A stretch of DNA of 62,521 nucleotides, filler included, from Globobulimina sp. (GCA_003354225.1; 29 parts of 29 records of this genome joined end to end with filler, not necessarily neighbours in it), one strand, 5' to 3'. Counted from the first letter of the whole stretch, positions 12,262 to 24,144 are shown. The notes: generated from the sequence alone by a model not told the origin. Numbers and translations are program-made.

Positions 12262-12567
12262 ATGTTTGCATATCCACTGCTTCGTCGGTCAACGACTACA
12301 CTCTCAAAACTGAACCTAAAATATTCAATAGCATACCTCCAATCTGCACCGTTCACAGAAAAAACATCATTCGGTAATTTATCAGATTCAGATAGAATAT
12401 TTACTAATTTATATGCAGATGAATCTCCATGGTTAGAGGCGCGTATAAGAGACATCCATCCGGAATTGGCATTTGATTGGTGGTTTAAGCCACGAGTACC
12501 GGAATCTGCCAAACAATATCTTCAGAAACAACATGAAAAGAACCCAGAATCTGCTGATTATTATTAG
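12262..12567 (+). CDS. 101-aa protein: mitochondrial-type presequence plus NDUFV1 (complex I 51-kDa) N-terminal motif only
   Basis: R/S/T/L-rich leader, then KTSFGNLSDSDRIFTNLY; ends TAG TGA. Confidence 0.65.
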   Translation: MFAYPLLRRSTTTLSKLNLKYSIAYLQSAPFTEKTSFGNLSDSDRIFTNLYADESPWLEARIRDIHPELAFDWWFKPRVPESAKQYLQKQHEKNPESADYY

Positions 12568-12965
12568 TGATTGATATTGATAGATTTTTTGTGGTTTTTT
12601 TTTTGTGACATATATGACTTTTATTGTACTAGCTTGTCGTTTAAACATAAATAGGTATATATGAGCACACTAACTCTTTCGTCATTTTGCTTGCTTTTTG
12701 AGTTGTTCTATTGTGTCTGTATTGTATCAATCAGATAGGATCTAAAAGGAAAGACTTCAATTCTTCGATTTGACAAAATTAGAAATTGCCAAATTTTTAC
12801 TTTTTGAAAAGGTTGATCGTAAGATTCTATTTTGTTGTTATGTGTAATTTAGACAGCTCTACAAANNNNNNNNNNNNNNNNNNNNNNNNNNNNNNNNNNN
12901 NNNNNNNNNTTAATTAATTAANNNNNNNNNNNNNNNNNNNNNNNNNNNNNNNNNNNNNNNNNNNN

Positions 12966-13316
12966 TTTGATGGAGTTATTCGAATCTAATTCTGATAATA
13001 ATTTATGTTTTAATACTTTCAATAACAACTGATACAGTATGATTTCATCATATTTGTTCCATTCTGATTGAAATTTACAATGTTTATTTTCTGTTAGTTT
13101 TTGTGAGATTGATTTAATTGCTTTCCCGCTATATTTATAAGCGTTTAGATCCATTAAAATTTCGTTAGTTCCTTTAAATTCTTTTTTTAAAACCTCTGCG
13201 ACGCATTGTCCAATTTGTGCGTTGTTGAACACATCAATCACGAGTAATTTTATGGTTTGCAGTTGTTTTATTGCTTCCAACGACCAAACAGAAAACATGC
13301 TGTGACTAAAAAACAC
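12966..13316 (-). CDS. Hypothetical protein, 3'-truncated
   Basis: Open frame to contig edge; start uncertain. Confidence 0.4.
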
Positions 13317-13366
13317 GGAAGTTATATTTATGATTCTGAAGCACCCCTGGATGAGGTCTAAAGATC

Positions 13367-14014
13367 ATGGCCTCCGAACAAAGGACAACAGTCTACGGAT
13401 ACGTAAGAGACATAAGACGTGGATTGATTCAAATGGAGGGTGAATTATGTAGTGGTGATGAATTATCAAAAATTGCGAACCTGATATTTTGTTGGTACTT
13501 TGGAAAACAAGACATCAAACTACTTTTTTTAGATGTTGATGGTGTATTAAACACAACATATGATAACAACTTAAGAACTGATTTAATAAACAATTTAGCA
13601 AAGATTATAGATTGTACTGGTTGTAAAATTGTATTGAGCAGCGCTTGGAGATTAATACAGAAATATAAAGATCATTTATTTGACGCATTAAGGAAAAGGG
13701 GAAATATTGACATCGGTAATGTGTATATTGGTGATACTCCACTTATTTCAGCTGGGGTTATTCGTACATTTGAAATTGAATCATCGTTGAATGATATAAG
13801 CGTTGTACATAACATTACAGCGTGGTGTGCTGTCGATGATATTGATTTAGCAGACCATCCATTATTATTAGTTAACGATGAACGGTGGTATACCCAAAAT
13901 AAATGCAAAAAAATTATGCAAAATCATTTCGTGAAAACAAACGAAAATGTTGGCTTGAATGAATTTAAAATGGATCAAGTGATCCACATTTTGAATGGTG
14001 GTGCTAAACTATAA
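13367..14014 (+). CDS. HAD-superfamily protein (Swiss-Army-knife RNA-repair HAD type) with N-terminal helical module
   Basis: LFLDVDGVLN, KIVLSSAWR, IGDTP, WCAVDD; N-terminal VYGYVR...IANLIFCWY; ends AKL. Confidence 0.85.
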   Translation: MASEQRTTVYGYVRDIRRGLIQMEGELCSGDELSKIANLIFCWYFGKQDIKLLFLDVDGVLNTTYDNNLRTDLINNLAKIIDCTGCKIVLSSAWRLIQKYKDHLFDALRKRGNIDIGNVYIGDTPLISAGVIRTFEIESSLNDISVVHNITAWCAVDDIDLADHPLLLVNDERWYTQNKCKKIMQNHFVKTNENVGLNEFKMDQVIHILNGGAKL

Positions 14015-14205
14015 ACGACTTTCACCGCTAGACTTTAACAACTAACTATACGATTGATGCACTGACTATAACAATATAGAACTTAAAGACTCTATGAGTG
14101 ATGCATTTGCGTCAAATTGATTTCTTAGTATTTTGAAGCATTCTTTTGTTTTGAGCTAAACTGTCTAATGACTGCCAGCAAACTGAGCAAAAAACCTTAA
14201 CTGTA

Positions 14206-14952
14206 CTAGCGATGCAGCTGTGAGCTATTTTGTTTGATATAGTGCATCAATATTTTCCTTGGGCCTAACTTAAATCCTAAATGCACCAAATCTGATTCAT
14301 TCAATAAATTTCTCGAGTTTTGATCCACTTCCTCTTGTTTCAATATATTCGCATATTTATTCATATTTGGCACATTCAATTGTTTCAACAAATGTGCAAT
14401 AAAATCATCGCATTCTTCTTTCTTTTCAGAGATATCATTATCCAACGCCACCAATTTGATACTCTCATCTTTCTTTGCAACATTGATATTGTTTCTATAA
14501 TAATCACCTTTCCACAATATACGAACATCAGTTACATCTCCATTAAACGCAGTGGCTCCTCTTCCTCCTCCATTATACAAATTGGTTTTCAAACATATAT
14601 TCTTTGATAATTTCACGTTTAAATCTCCACAATAATGACTGCTGCCATTGCATACATTATCAATGAAGAGCTTTCCGCCTTCTTTTGCACTGTAAATCCA
14701 TTTAATATGGTACATTTTATTTGCGCTCAGTGTCTTTGATCGCGGAGATAATATAGCCGATGGTTTATTATTTACACATCCATAGACTTGCAATGAATCA
14801 TTTAAATTATCTGAATTGTTACCAAACAAATAAAAAGCAAAAACCCATAATTTCCCACCTGATGCATCCCCAAACGTTATAGGGAAAGAGCTGTAATTAG
14901 CAGCCAAACTGGTGTATCTCATTTTAAATTCCACACAAAAATAACTTGCCAT
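14206..14952 (-). CDS. LamG/ConA-like beta-sandwich plus C-terminal SAM domain protein
   Basis: YHIKW...KLFIDN...FNGDVTDVRI LamG-like pattern; KYANILKQEEVD...LLNESDLVHLGFKLGPRKIL SAM. Confidence 0.7.
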   Translation of the reverse strand: MASYFCVEFKMRYTSLAANYSSFPITFGDASGGKLWVFAFYLFGNNSDNLNDSLQVYGCVNNKPSAILSPRSKTLSANKMYHIKWIYSAKEGGKLFIDNVCNGSSHYCGDLNVKLSKNICLKTNLYNGGGRGATAFNGDVTDVRILWKGDYYRNNINVAKKDESIKLVALDNDISEKKEECDDFIAHLLKQLNVPNMNKYANILKQEEVDQNSRNLLNESDLVHLGFKLGPRKILMHYIKQNSSQLHR

Positions 14953-15125
14953 GTTTGTGTAGACAGTAACGAAAACACTTCACTGTTTTTATATATTAAT
15001 AGTATATTATTCAAATTTTTCACACNNNNNNNNNNNNNNNNNNNNNNNNNNNNNNNNNNNNNNNNNNNNTTAATTAATTAANNNNNNNNNNNNNNNNNNN
15101 NNNNNNNNNNNNNNNNNNNNNNNNN

Positions 15126-15482
15126 TGCAACTAGCACTTCATCGTCAGAACTTGGGTCAATATTTGAGTCATCATCGTTAACTGCTGGTATATAATCTTG
15201 GTCATTTGAATTAATGTCTGCATATTCAGGATCAGAAAGATCATCATCTTGAGTGAAAAATGTATCTATTCGTTCTGCCAATGTGGAACGGCGCCGTGTA
15301 ACAATAGGTGGATTTTTTGGTTCTATCATTTCTCCTGCGGAACTCGCTGATTCTTTGCTGTTAATTGTTTCCATTTCTTCCATTATGTCTTGGCTATGTT
15401 TAGGTTTGGTGATATTCGGTGAAAGTATGTTGATGGACTTTGATGGTGGCGTTGAACCATGCAACAAAGATTTTCGAAGCAT
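15126..15482 (-). CDS. Hypothetical low-complexity acidic protein, fragment
   Basis: Open frame to contig edge. Confidence 0.45.
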
Positions 15483-15662
15483 AAATTGATCTGAAGTACA
15501 AGTTTACTCATTTCGTGCACCTTTTCAAACTTTTCAATTGCATACTATCAGTCGATCTATCAGACAAATCCAGACTATCACACAAAGAAAAATCAAGAAA
15601 AACGTTTCTAACGGAGATTTCGCTTTGCTTAATCTTTTTTTTTACTGAAAAGCTTCCTCAGC

Positions 15663-17185
15663 ATGTCTGCTTCGTCGTTTTTATATGGGTTGATGATAGC
15701 TATATTAATATCAAAAGTATCATCACAAAAAGTAGCCAATCCAACTGCCAGTCCAACTGCCAATCCAACTCTCACACCAACACCACAAACAAAAAATCCA
15801 AGCTCATATCCAACTGACAGTCCAACAATACCAAGTGAGTCACCAACTGCCGCACCTAGTGCAGCACCAACAGTTATACCAACTATTAAAGAAACGTTCT
15901 GTAATTTATTCAACGGGCAAGAGATTAGTAATATAATCTCAACTCAACAAAGTGCAGTAATATCAAATATCTACATAGAAGATCCATTGATAATCAGTTT
16001 CGATTTTATTATTGGAGAAAATGAGTGTACCACAGTACACGGCACAATATGCAATTTAATTCAGTTTGGAGCAACCACCGAAGATATATTTTTCCCACGC
16101 ATTTCAACCCGAAATGATAATGGAAAATTATACTGGAAAATCCAAATGTCAGTGGGCGAGGAAACAACAGAAAATATTTTATACAATTTAGATCAAACAG
16201 GTGTTAATAGCGAGTCATTTGCAATTACAGACAATACAAAATCCAATTTTCATATCACATTCAATGGTTTTCAACGTCAATTTTATACACAGAATCGGGA
16301 GCTATTTGTTACACATTCAATGGTTTTCAACGTCAATTTTATACATCTGATGGTATTTGTTATGTCAATTATAATACACAGAATCGGGAGCTAACAAACT
16401 CGATACAACCCACTGCGCGTTGTTGTGACTTTAAGCAACAATATAATGATGATTTCAAATGTAGATATTTCAAGTCAGAGGATCGTCAATTGGGCACTGA
16501 TCAGGTATATATCTACAGGACGTTCATCAAAATCACCAAACATGCTTTGATTTTTGCATGGACCCTACTCTCCAGTCTCCACATACATTTCGAATTCATC
16601 CCTTGTTTTGAAACATTTGTTACGCTAAGTCTGCATCAGAATCTTCGGCAACAAAATCAAAAGAATTTACATATACCACCTGTCCTAAAGAGTTTCCTTT
16701 ATTATTATCATGCACAACCCGCGTAGATGAAGATGACAAAGTAACGAATGTCGCAGAAACTAATAATGATATTCAATTTTATGGCTCATTTTATGCATCA
16801 AGTGGCAGTGCACAATTTAACCCCGCTAATAATCTATTTTTTGAATTAAACACTGGAAGCTCGAATAACTTTATCCCGTTTGCTCCAACCACATCGACAA
16901 CATCCACATCACAAGTTTTTACACCAACAAAAGCACCGACAAATACACCGACTTCCTCCGCTGATGTATTACAATTAAATATCTCACAGACAACAAAATG
17001 TGTGTCACAATATGGAACAACCACTAGTAATTATACAGTCACTGCCATCGCAACCTGCTGTACTGAAAGCTATTCAACATCAACACCCACAATAGTACAA
17101 ACAACAGCAGGGCCAACATCACCCCCAACCGTACAAAATCCATTATCAACTGCATTCTTTGGGACGAATGGGACAAATACCGGTG
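15663..17185 (+). pseudogene. Secreted PT-repeat (PT.SPT) Cys-containing protein, frameshifted
   Basis: Signal peptide and PT repeats; a 56-nt templated duplication at 16256-16311 shifts the frame; coding-like frame resumes at about 16610-17185. Confidence 0.65.
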
Positions 17186-17319
17186 NNNNNNNNNNNNNNN
17201 NNNNNNNNNNNNNNNNNNNNNNNNNNNNNTTAATTAATTAANNNNNNNNNNNNNNNNNNNNNNNNNNNNNNNNNNNNNNNNNNNNTACAAATCACCATAA
17301 CGTTTTCACAAAAAAAAAG

Positions 17320-19148
17320 CTTTATATTCGGATCAATTCAGACATTCAGTCGCTGAAAATTACAAAAAAAGCATAACTGTCAATGGCCAATACAACCACA
17401 ACAACGCAACGCCAAATAAACTGGATATTATATCTTTTTACCATGACAACTACATCGGGCAAAATGAAGCATTCCTGTCACCGTTCGGTATTCGCCCCGT
17501 AATCTACGCAGATTGGACCGCCAGCGGCAAAGCCGTGCACTGCGTAGAAAGTTACATTCAAACACAAATATTGCCCTTCTACGCCAACACACATACAACT
17601 ACGTCCATAACCGGTGCACAAACAAGCAAATTCCGCTCGGAATCTCGCTCCATTATCCTCGAATCGATCGGTGGTTCGCATACGAAGGATGTGGTTATAT
17701 TCACCGGTTCCGGCGCCACCGCCGCAATCTATAAACTATCGCGCATATTACATACGAATCTCTCGCCTCACCGCACCATTGTATTTATAAGCATTTATGA
17801 GCATAATTCCAACATATTTATCTGGAAAGAGTTAGGTTGTAAAATCATTGTCATCCCCGAAGCTGATAAAGGCGGCTTAGATCTGAGTATATTAGAAAAA
17901 CATTTGCGATTTTATACCTGTTTACGTAGTGGCATGAGACATAAATATAATTTACTGATTGGTTCCTTTTCCGCCGCCTCCAACGTGTCGGGCATCATTG
18001 CGCCCATTGACCAAACTACATTGTTGTTACATAAATATTCGGCGCTGTCCTTTTGGGACTATGCCGCGGCCGGTCCCTATTTAGATATTAATATGACAAA
18101 TGGCAATAATTTGCTATCCAAAGATGCAGTGTTTGTATCTGCGCATAAATATTTAGGCGGACCCGGTTGTTGCGGTATTTTGTGTGCAAAGAAGAGCTTA
18201 TTTCAGAATTATATCCCGGTGGTACCTGGCGGAGGCACTGTGTTTGTGGCGTATGGTATATGTGATGGAGAGTGGCAATATTTGGACAATATTCATAATA
18301 TTGAAGAAAGAGAGGAAGGCGGCACGCCAGATATCATTGGCAGTATACGAGCTTCGTTTGTGTTTATGATAAGGGACCATTTGACGACGCAATTTATCGC
18401 CGAGCGGGAAGAGGAATATTGGACATATTTCAGGCAGCAATGTGGGAGTATATCAAATTTGGTTATTATGGGCAATACGCAGTGTAGGCGGTTGCCAATT
18501 ATTTCTTTTTTGGTTAGGTATAAAGAGAAATATTTGCATTATAATTTTGTTGCTGCTCTGATGAATGATTTGTTTGGTATCCAAGGACGTGGCGGGTGTG
18601 CTTGTGCCGGTATGTACGGCCGATATGTGTTGGATTTGTGTGATGAGGAAATAAATGATGTCGTGCTGCAATTGCGAGAGAATAAGAATGAGCTGGCGAG
18701 GCCTGGTTATTTTAGAATAAATTTACATTTTACTCTGAATGAAGAAGAGCTGAAATATATTATTGCTGCGGTGCAGTTTGTCTGTAAATATGGATGGCTA
18801 TTTTTGCCGGTCTATGACGTTGATATTGAGTCTGGGAACTTTTTTCATCGCGATTTTAAGGAGAATACACAATTAAAATCGTTGTTAGATTTATCATTTA
18901 GTAAAAATGGAATAGAGACTGATGGTTATAATAAAGTGGAGGGTGGTGATGATGGATGTGATTTGAATAAATATTTGGAGATTGCGGAGAATCATATTTT
19001 AAAGAATTTAAATCAATATTTACCGGCTGTTGCAGATGTGGATAAGTTTAAGAATGAAAATAAAATTTGTCATAAAAATGCATGGTATTGGTTACCAAGT
19101 GAATTGTATCAAGTTGTTAGGAATAAAATAAATGGTATTTGTAATTGA
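17320..19148 (+). CDS. PLP-dependent class-V aminotransferase/cysteine desulfurase-like protein, 5' exon missing
   Basis: Frame extends upstream of the ORF call through SPFGIRPVIYADWTASG; EHNSN, WDYAAAGPY, SAHKYLGGPG (PLP Lys), EEGGTP, GGCACAG. Confidence 0.92.
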
Positions 19149-19309
19149 TTTACTTTTACCCTTTTTTTCTTTTTTTTTAGTATTATAGTGTTATTATATT
19201 TTAGCTTATATAAGTTTGTTTTTCTGTAATTTTTTATATATTTTTTTTATCATAAATTATCGTATGAATCCGACAAGGATTCCGTCTAAAATGTAAATAC
19301 ACACTTTAG

Positions 19310-19345
19310 CACTGCAGACTCAACTACTGAGCTAATGTATTGTGG
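19310..19345 (+). mobile_element. Hairpin element copy 2 (left end, cut by contig edge)
   Basis: CTTTAG-CACTGCAGACTCAACTACTGAGCTAATGTATTGTGG matches copies 1 and 3. Confidence 0.75.
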
Positions 19346-19445
19346 NNNNNNNNNNNNNNNNNNNNNNNNNNNNNNNNNNNNNNNNNNNNTTAATTAATTA
19401 ANNNNNNNNNNNNNNNNNNNNNNNNNNNNNNNNNNNNNNNNNNNN

Positions 19446-21364
19446 TTCCGTTTTCTCTTTTTCTTCTTTGGTTTTTTGAATAAGCCTTCGAGTTTGGTCG
19501 AATCCAACAATACGCCGCGATCGTCAATGCTGTTCCAGACGGAATCTTTGTTTTTGGTGAGGTCGCGATCGCGGATTTTGGTCCAATGTAACGGCTTCAT
19601 TTCGACTTTGGGCTTCCAGCGCTTTGCGGTGACCGCTTTCTTTCTGCCCAGCCCAGGTAATCCGGGCAGACCTGGCAAACCAGGGAAGCCGGGGAGGCCC
19701 GGTGGTAGACCCATGCCAGGTAAAGGTGGCGGTGCGCCTAATAATATATATCAGTGTCAAATGTCTGGATGTTATGTTGTATGCACATACCAAATCCAGG
19801 TAAGGGTGGTGGAGCTCCCATGCCTGGTAAGGGCGGAGGTGCTGCCATGCCGGGTAATGGTGGGGGTGCGCCCATTCCAGGTAACGGTGGTGGTGCTCCT
19901 ATATGATTTTTTTAAATACAGATAAATGGTTGTTATGTACAAATAAAACATACCCATTCCGGGTAATGGTGCGGGTGCGCCTATTGTTGGGGTTATGGTT
20001 GTTATATGGATGGCAAAATTATGTGAAATTTGTATTTAACCTGGTAATGGTGCGGGAGCGCCTATAGTTTACAGGATTAACAAATAAGAATACAAATATA
20101 CGGCAGTGGATGCTTAACCTGGTAATGGTGCTGCCATCGGTAATGGTGCTGCCATCGGTAATGGTGCTGGTGCTAATCCACTAAATCCCGGTAATGGGGC
20201 AGCCATTGGTGCTCCAGGTAAGGGCGCTGCTGTAAGTGCTCCTATATATTATGTACATCGGTATATTGAATGGAATCTGTATATGTTTGCTATACTTAAC
20301 CTGGTACAGGAGCAGCCATAGGCGCAGAACTTGGCAGTGGAGCAGCCATCGGTGCTGAACCAGGTAAAGGGGCTGTGGTTGGTATCAAATGTTGCAATGT
20401 GCCGCCACTGTCCGCTCTGCCCATCTTCGACATGTTTGCGCCGACATTGTTAAACTTAATCGGTGCCATCTTATGTTTGTTCTTATGCTTGTTCTTATTA
20501 TTATTATTATTGTTATTGTGCCCGTTGATGGTGATATTCATCCCGATGCCGCCCGCCTTGCGTATCTCCAGAATGTCCTCGCAATCGTATATTATTGCAT
20601 CGGTGTCGTACTCTTCATCTTCAGTCAAACGGTAAAAATTAATGACGTCTTTAGCATTCATACCGTTCTTTGCAACCTTAGCCATCATTGTGTCGACAAA
20701 CGTTTCTATATTTAAATAATTAAAAAAAGAGAACCGAGATTCAAAAACACATACAAATACCTCCTGTATTAGAATTTATATCGATATCGACAGTTTGAAT
20801 GACATTGATATTAAATTTATTGTTTCTGTCATCTGCCGCTGGATCATGTTTTGGTGCTTGTTTCTCTTCAATTTGTTGTTGATTTGCATCTCTTCGAAAT
20901 CCAAGTTGATGTAAATGGAAAATAAAGAAATGTATCGCATCAAATATCTCGCAATAAAACTGATACTCTGAATCTCCAGACGCCATTTGGGGCTCATCCA
21001 CTTTTCCTCTTTGCCTTCTTCTTCCGAAATAACGATGGGTTTGCTCACAAATTGGGGCTTGGCATGCAATAAAATTGTATCTTTTGATAAACGCTGCTTT
21101 GATTTGGATTAAATGTGTTGAATGAGTGGATATTAAATGAGAATAATCATCCAATAAATCATGATAAATATTTAAACAAAATTGAGTGAATTTATTTTGT
21201 AACGATACATTTTGTGCTGGTTTTAATTGATGAAAATAATGCAATGCTTCAAATAATCTTTCCAAAATGGTACAGTCTGAACAACCTTTATTGTCACAAC
21301 GTGTTTCACGCCGTTGAAACAAAATTAAAAGTGAATTAATTGGCACTTTGGTTAACTCTGCCAT
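19446..21364 (-). CDS. Formin (FH1 plus start of FH2); exons 21364-20761, 20705-20301, 20241-20119, 20061-20041, 19980-19954, 19898-19791, 19737-<19446
   Basis: APPPLPG repeats then KPKVEMKPLHWTKI...SVW...LEGLF; six GT-AG introns of 53-60 nt keep the frame. Confidence 0.9.
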
Positions 21365-21882
21365 ATAAAAGGAAAACTCTTTTCACTTTACTTCGATTTG
21401 AATCTGGTTCAACAACACCGTTTCCAAGCATTCCATCTCAATTTCCCCAAATATGGCGTTTCCATTTAAAAACATTGGAAAAAGAATTAACGGTATTTTC
21501 CCATCNNNNNNNNNNNNNNNNNNNNNNNNNNNNNNNNNNNNNNNNNNNNTTAATTAATTAANNNNNNNNNNNNNNNNNNNNNNNNNNNNNNNNNNNNNNN
21601 NNNNNACATTACCAAATACAATTGTGTTAAATAAAAGAATGTTTAAATTGTTTTGATATATATATATTTTTTTCCTTTCTTTATATTTTATATATAGTTT
21701 TTTTGTGTTTTATATAGTTTTTTGTGTTTTACATTTAATGTAATTGTTATATAGCTTACATTTTAAATTGTAAAAAAAATGCAATCAAATGTTGAAAAAA
21801 AGACTACTACGCAAATTCGCAACTACTCACCAAGAAATCGAAAGCATTCTACATTCTTTTAAATTCTTTTTTGTAATCAAAA

Positions 21883-22809
21883 ATGGTACCTCATCGAATT
21901 ATTACGGCAACGTTGTTCATTACATGGACATTAGCAACAAATCACATGGACAATGGCACACATACATCATATCCGCCACAGTTTGATCACTTTACTGGTC
22001 CTCAACATACTCCACCAAGAATACATCCATCAAAGATTCATGGCGACACAGATGTAAACAAACATATCGTCGGCCCAAGTATACAAACACAAACAACAAC
22101 AAACAACTCTCATTCAAGGCCTCTTTTATTTTCTGGTGTGGCTGTTTTATCATCGCCGCAACATCGTGTTAGAAATACTCGAATTGCTCGTGTATTATTT
22201 GGCGGCGATTCAAAATCTGATACGTCATCGAAAAAAAGAAGACCATTAAGCCCACCTCGCGCTGGTGGTGCTATGCTGCCAATGCAGTTACATGATATTG
22301 GTGATGATGATGGCGACGGTGAGGGATCAACAGGGGTACAATCTGGATATGAAACACCTAGATATGACGATATGGTTGGTGGAGGAGTGTCTGCTTTGGA
22401 TACAACACCGCCTCAACAAATCCACAATGCAGACTTTTATGTTGGATTCCATGGACCAGGAGCACCATCACGGCGAGATACTGGAACAAATGAAGCAAGT
22501 CCGTTGCGACTGTTTGGATTTGTAGAGGATGATGGAATAACGATACAAAACGCAATTCATAGATTAAAAACACAAAATACAAGTAATGCGGAAGAGGTGA
22601 TATTGCCACATGGCTGTGTATGCACTATTTGTCAAGAACTGGTAAATACGGGAGATATTGTACGCAGAGTATGCAGTGTAACAATAGGCAATCATTGGAT
22701 TTGTCAAACCTGTTGTGAACATGCTCAATTTCCTCATCATGCCTGTCCAACATGCAGAGGAGTTAAACCTGGAGAAATATTTATCGCTAGAAAAGCTAGA
22801 ATATCTTAA
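21883..22809 (+). CDS. RING-finger protein with disordered N-terminal region
   Basis: CTIC...C...NHWICQTC...CPTCR RING pattern at C-terminus; hydrophobic N-terminus. Confidence 0.8.
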   Translation: MVPHRIITATLFITWTLATNHMDNGTHTSYPPQFDHFTGPQHTPPRIHPSKIHGDTDVNKHIVGPSIQTQTTTNNSHSRPLLFSGVAVLSSPQHRVRNTRIARVLFGGDSKSDTSSKKRRPLSPPRAGGAMLPMQLHDIGDDDGDGEGSTGVQSGYETPRYDDMVGGGVSALDTTPPQQIHNADFYVGFHGPGAPSRRDTGTNEASPLRLFGFVEDDGITIQNAIHRLKTQNTSNAEEVILPHGCVCTICQELVNTGDIVRRVCSVTIGNHWICQTCCEHAQFPHHACPTCRGVKPGEIFIARKARIS

Positions 22810-22947
22810 TTCAATCATCAAAATAAAATAAAAGGAGATGTGTACTTTTTTCTAAAACTTGTGTCTATTCGCAACAACAATTTGTCTCTAGCTTCTGTTC
22901 ATACTTTCCATTTTTCTTCGTCAACCCCACCCCATTTTGCTTCGTCA

Positions 22948-23665
22948 ATGTCTCCACAATTCGTATATTTATCCCTCTTTGTTGTTGCAATAATTGCAGC
23001 ATATTTAATGGAAGAAGAATTGGAGGATGTTAATCTTCGGAAAAAAATGGAATTAGGTCGACAACAATTTCAAATGCTGACAAATGAGAAAAACCCAGAT
23101 CCTAAGTGCTGGAAAGAGAGCATATTGACACTGATGAATGAACAATGTAGTTCATTGAATTATGAATCGAGATCAAGCACAGCATTAAAATTAGCAATAT
23201 GCCATTTAAAACAATCTGGAATAAATATAGATGATAACATTGAATGTATGTCAAATGTGAAAGAATGCGTAAAACAAAAAATATCCACAAATACTATAGC
23301 ATTTTCAACCTATAATCATTTCTTTACAAGCATTGACAACATATGCATTTATATACAAATGAAAGAAAATGAGAAAAATATGAAAAAATCCATTTATGAT
23401 TTATACAGCGCAACTATTGAGAACACAGAATATTTAATTGACACAAATAAAAAACACAAACAATTCCAAAATGAAATATTAGTCAAACAATCGGAAATAA
23501 AGCAAACCAGTGATGCAATAATTAAATTCCATGATAAACACGAAGAGAATATAAATAATTTGCAATCCATTGCATCAAATATTGAACACCAACAAAATGA
23601 TATATTTAATAAACAAAAAGAATTTGCAAATAAACAAAATGAAATGTTTTCGACAGTCAAAAATA
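22948..23665 (+). CDS. GEX1: GEX1/KAR5/Brambleberry nuclear-fusion protein, 3'-truncated
   Basis: Signal peptide; Cys-rich domain CW...C..L...ALKLAICHLKQSG...C...C...AFSTYNHFFTSIDNICIY; then coiled coil. Confidence 0.85.
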
Positions 23666-23765
23666 NNNNNNNNNNNNNNNNNNNNNNNNNNNNNNNNNNN
23701 NNNNNNNNNTTAATTAATTAANNNNNNNNNNNNNNNNNNNNNNNNNNNNNNNNNNNNNNNNNNNN

Positions 23766-23982
23766 TATTGCATTTTTTTGGATTTTTGTCAAAAATAGTA
23801 ATTCCGTCAAAATAATTATTTCCGAAATAACTGTTCAAATTATTATTTTGGTGAATATTCAAAATATCAGAGAGGTGCTGGTATACCTATTTTAATTTTT
23901 TTTACGGAAATAATTATTTTAACGAAGATAATTATTTCCACGAAATTGAGAATTGTGACAAAACTCTAAAAAAATGCAGTAA
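23766..23982. repeat. Imperfect ~215-bp foldback (inverted repeat)
   Basis: Left TGCATTTTTTGGATTTTTGTCA...CCGTCAAAATAATTATTT pairs with right GGAAATAATTATTT...TGACAAAACTCTAAAAAAATGCA. Confidence 0.65.
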
Positions 23983-24144
23983 AACGCGGCAAGGATAAAA
24001 TTAAAAGTTTTCACGTTTTGAAAAAAAACACATTTAAAAAAACCAAACAGTTTCGAAAATAGTAATATTGTAAATTATGCAATTTGTAATTTTTTGTTTA
24101 TCTGTCTTGATTTCTTAGTGTTTTGAAGAAAACTATTTTGCACA

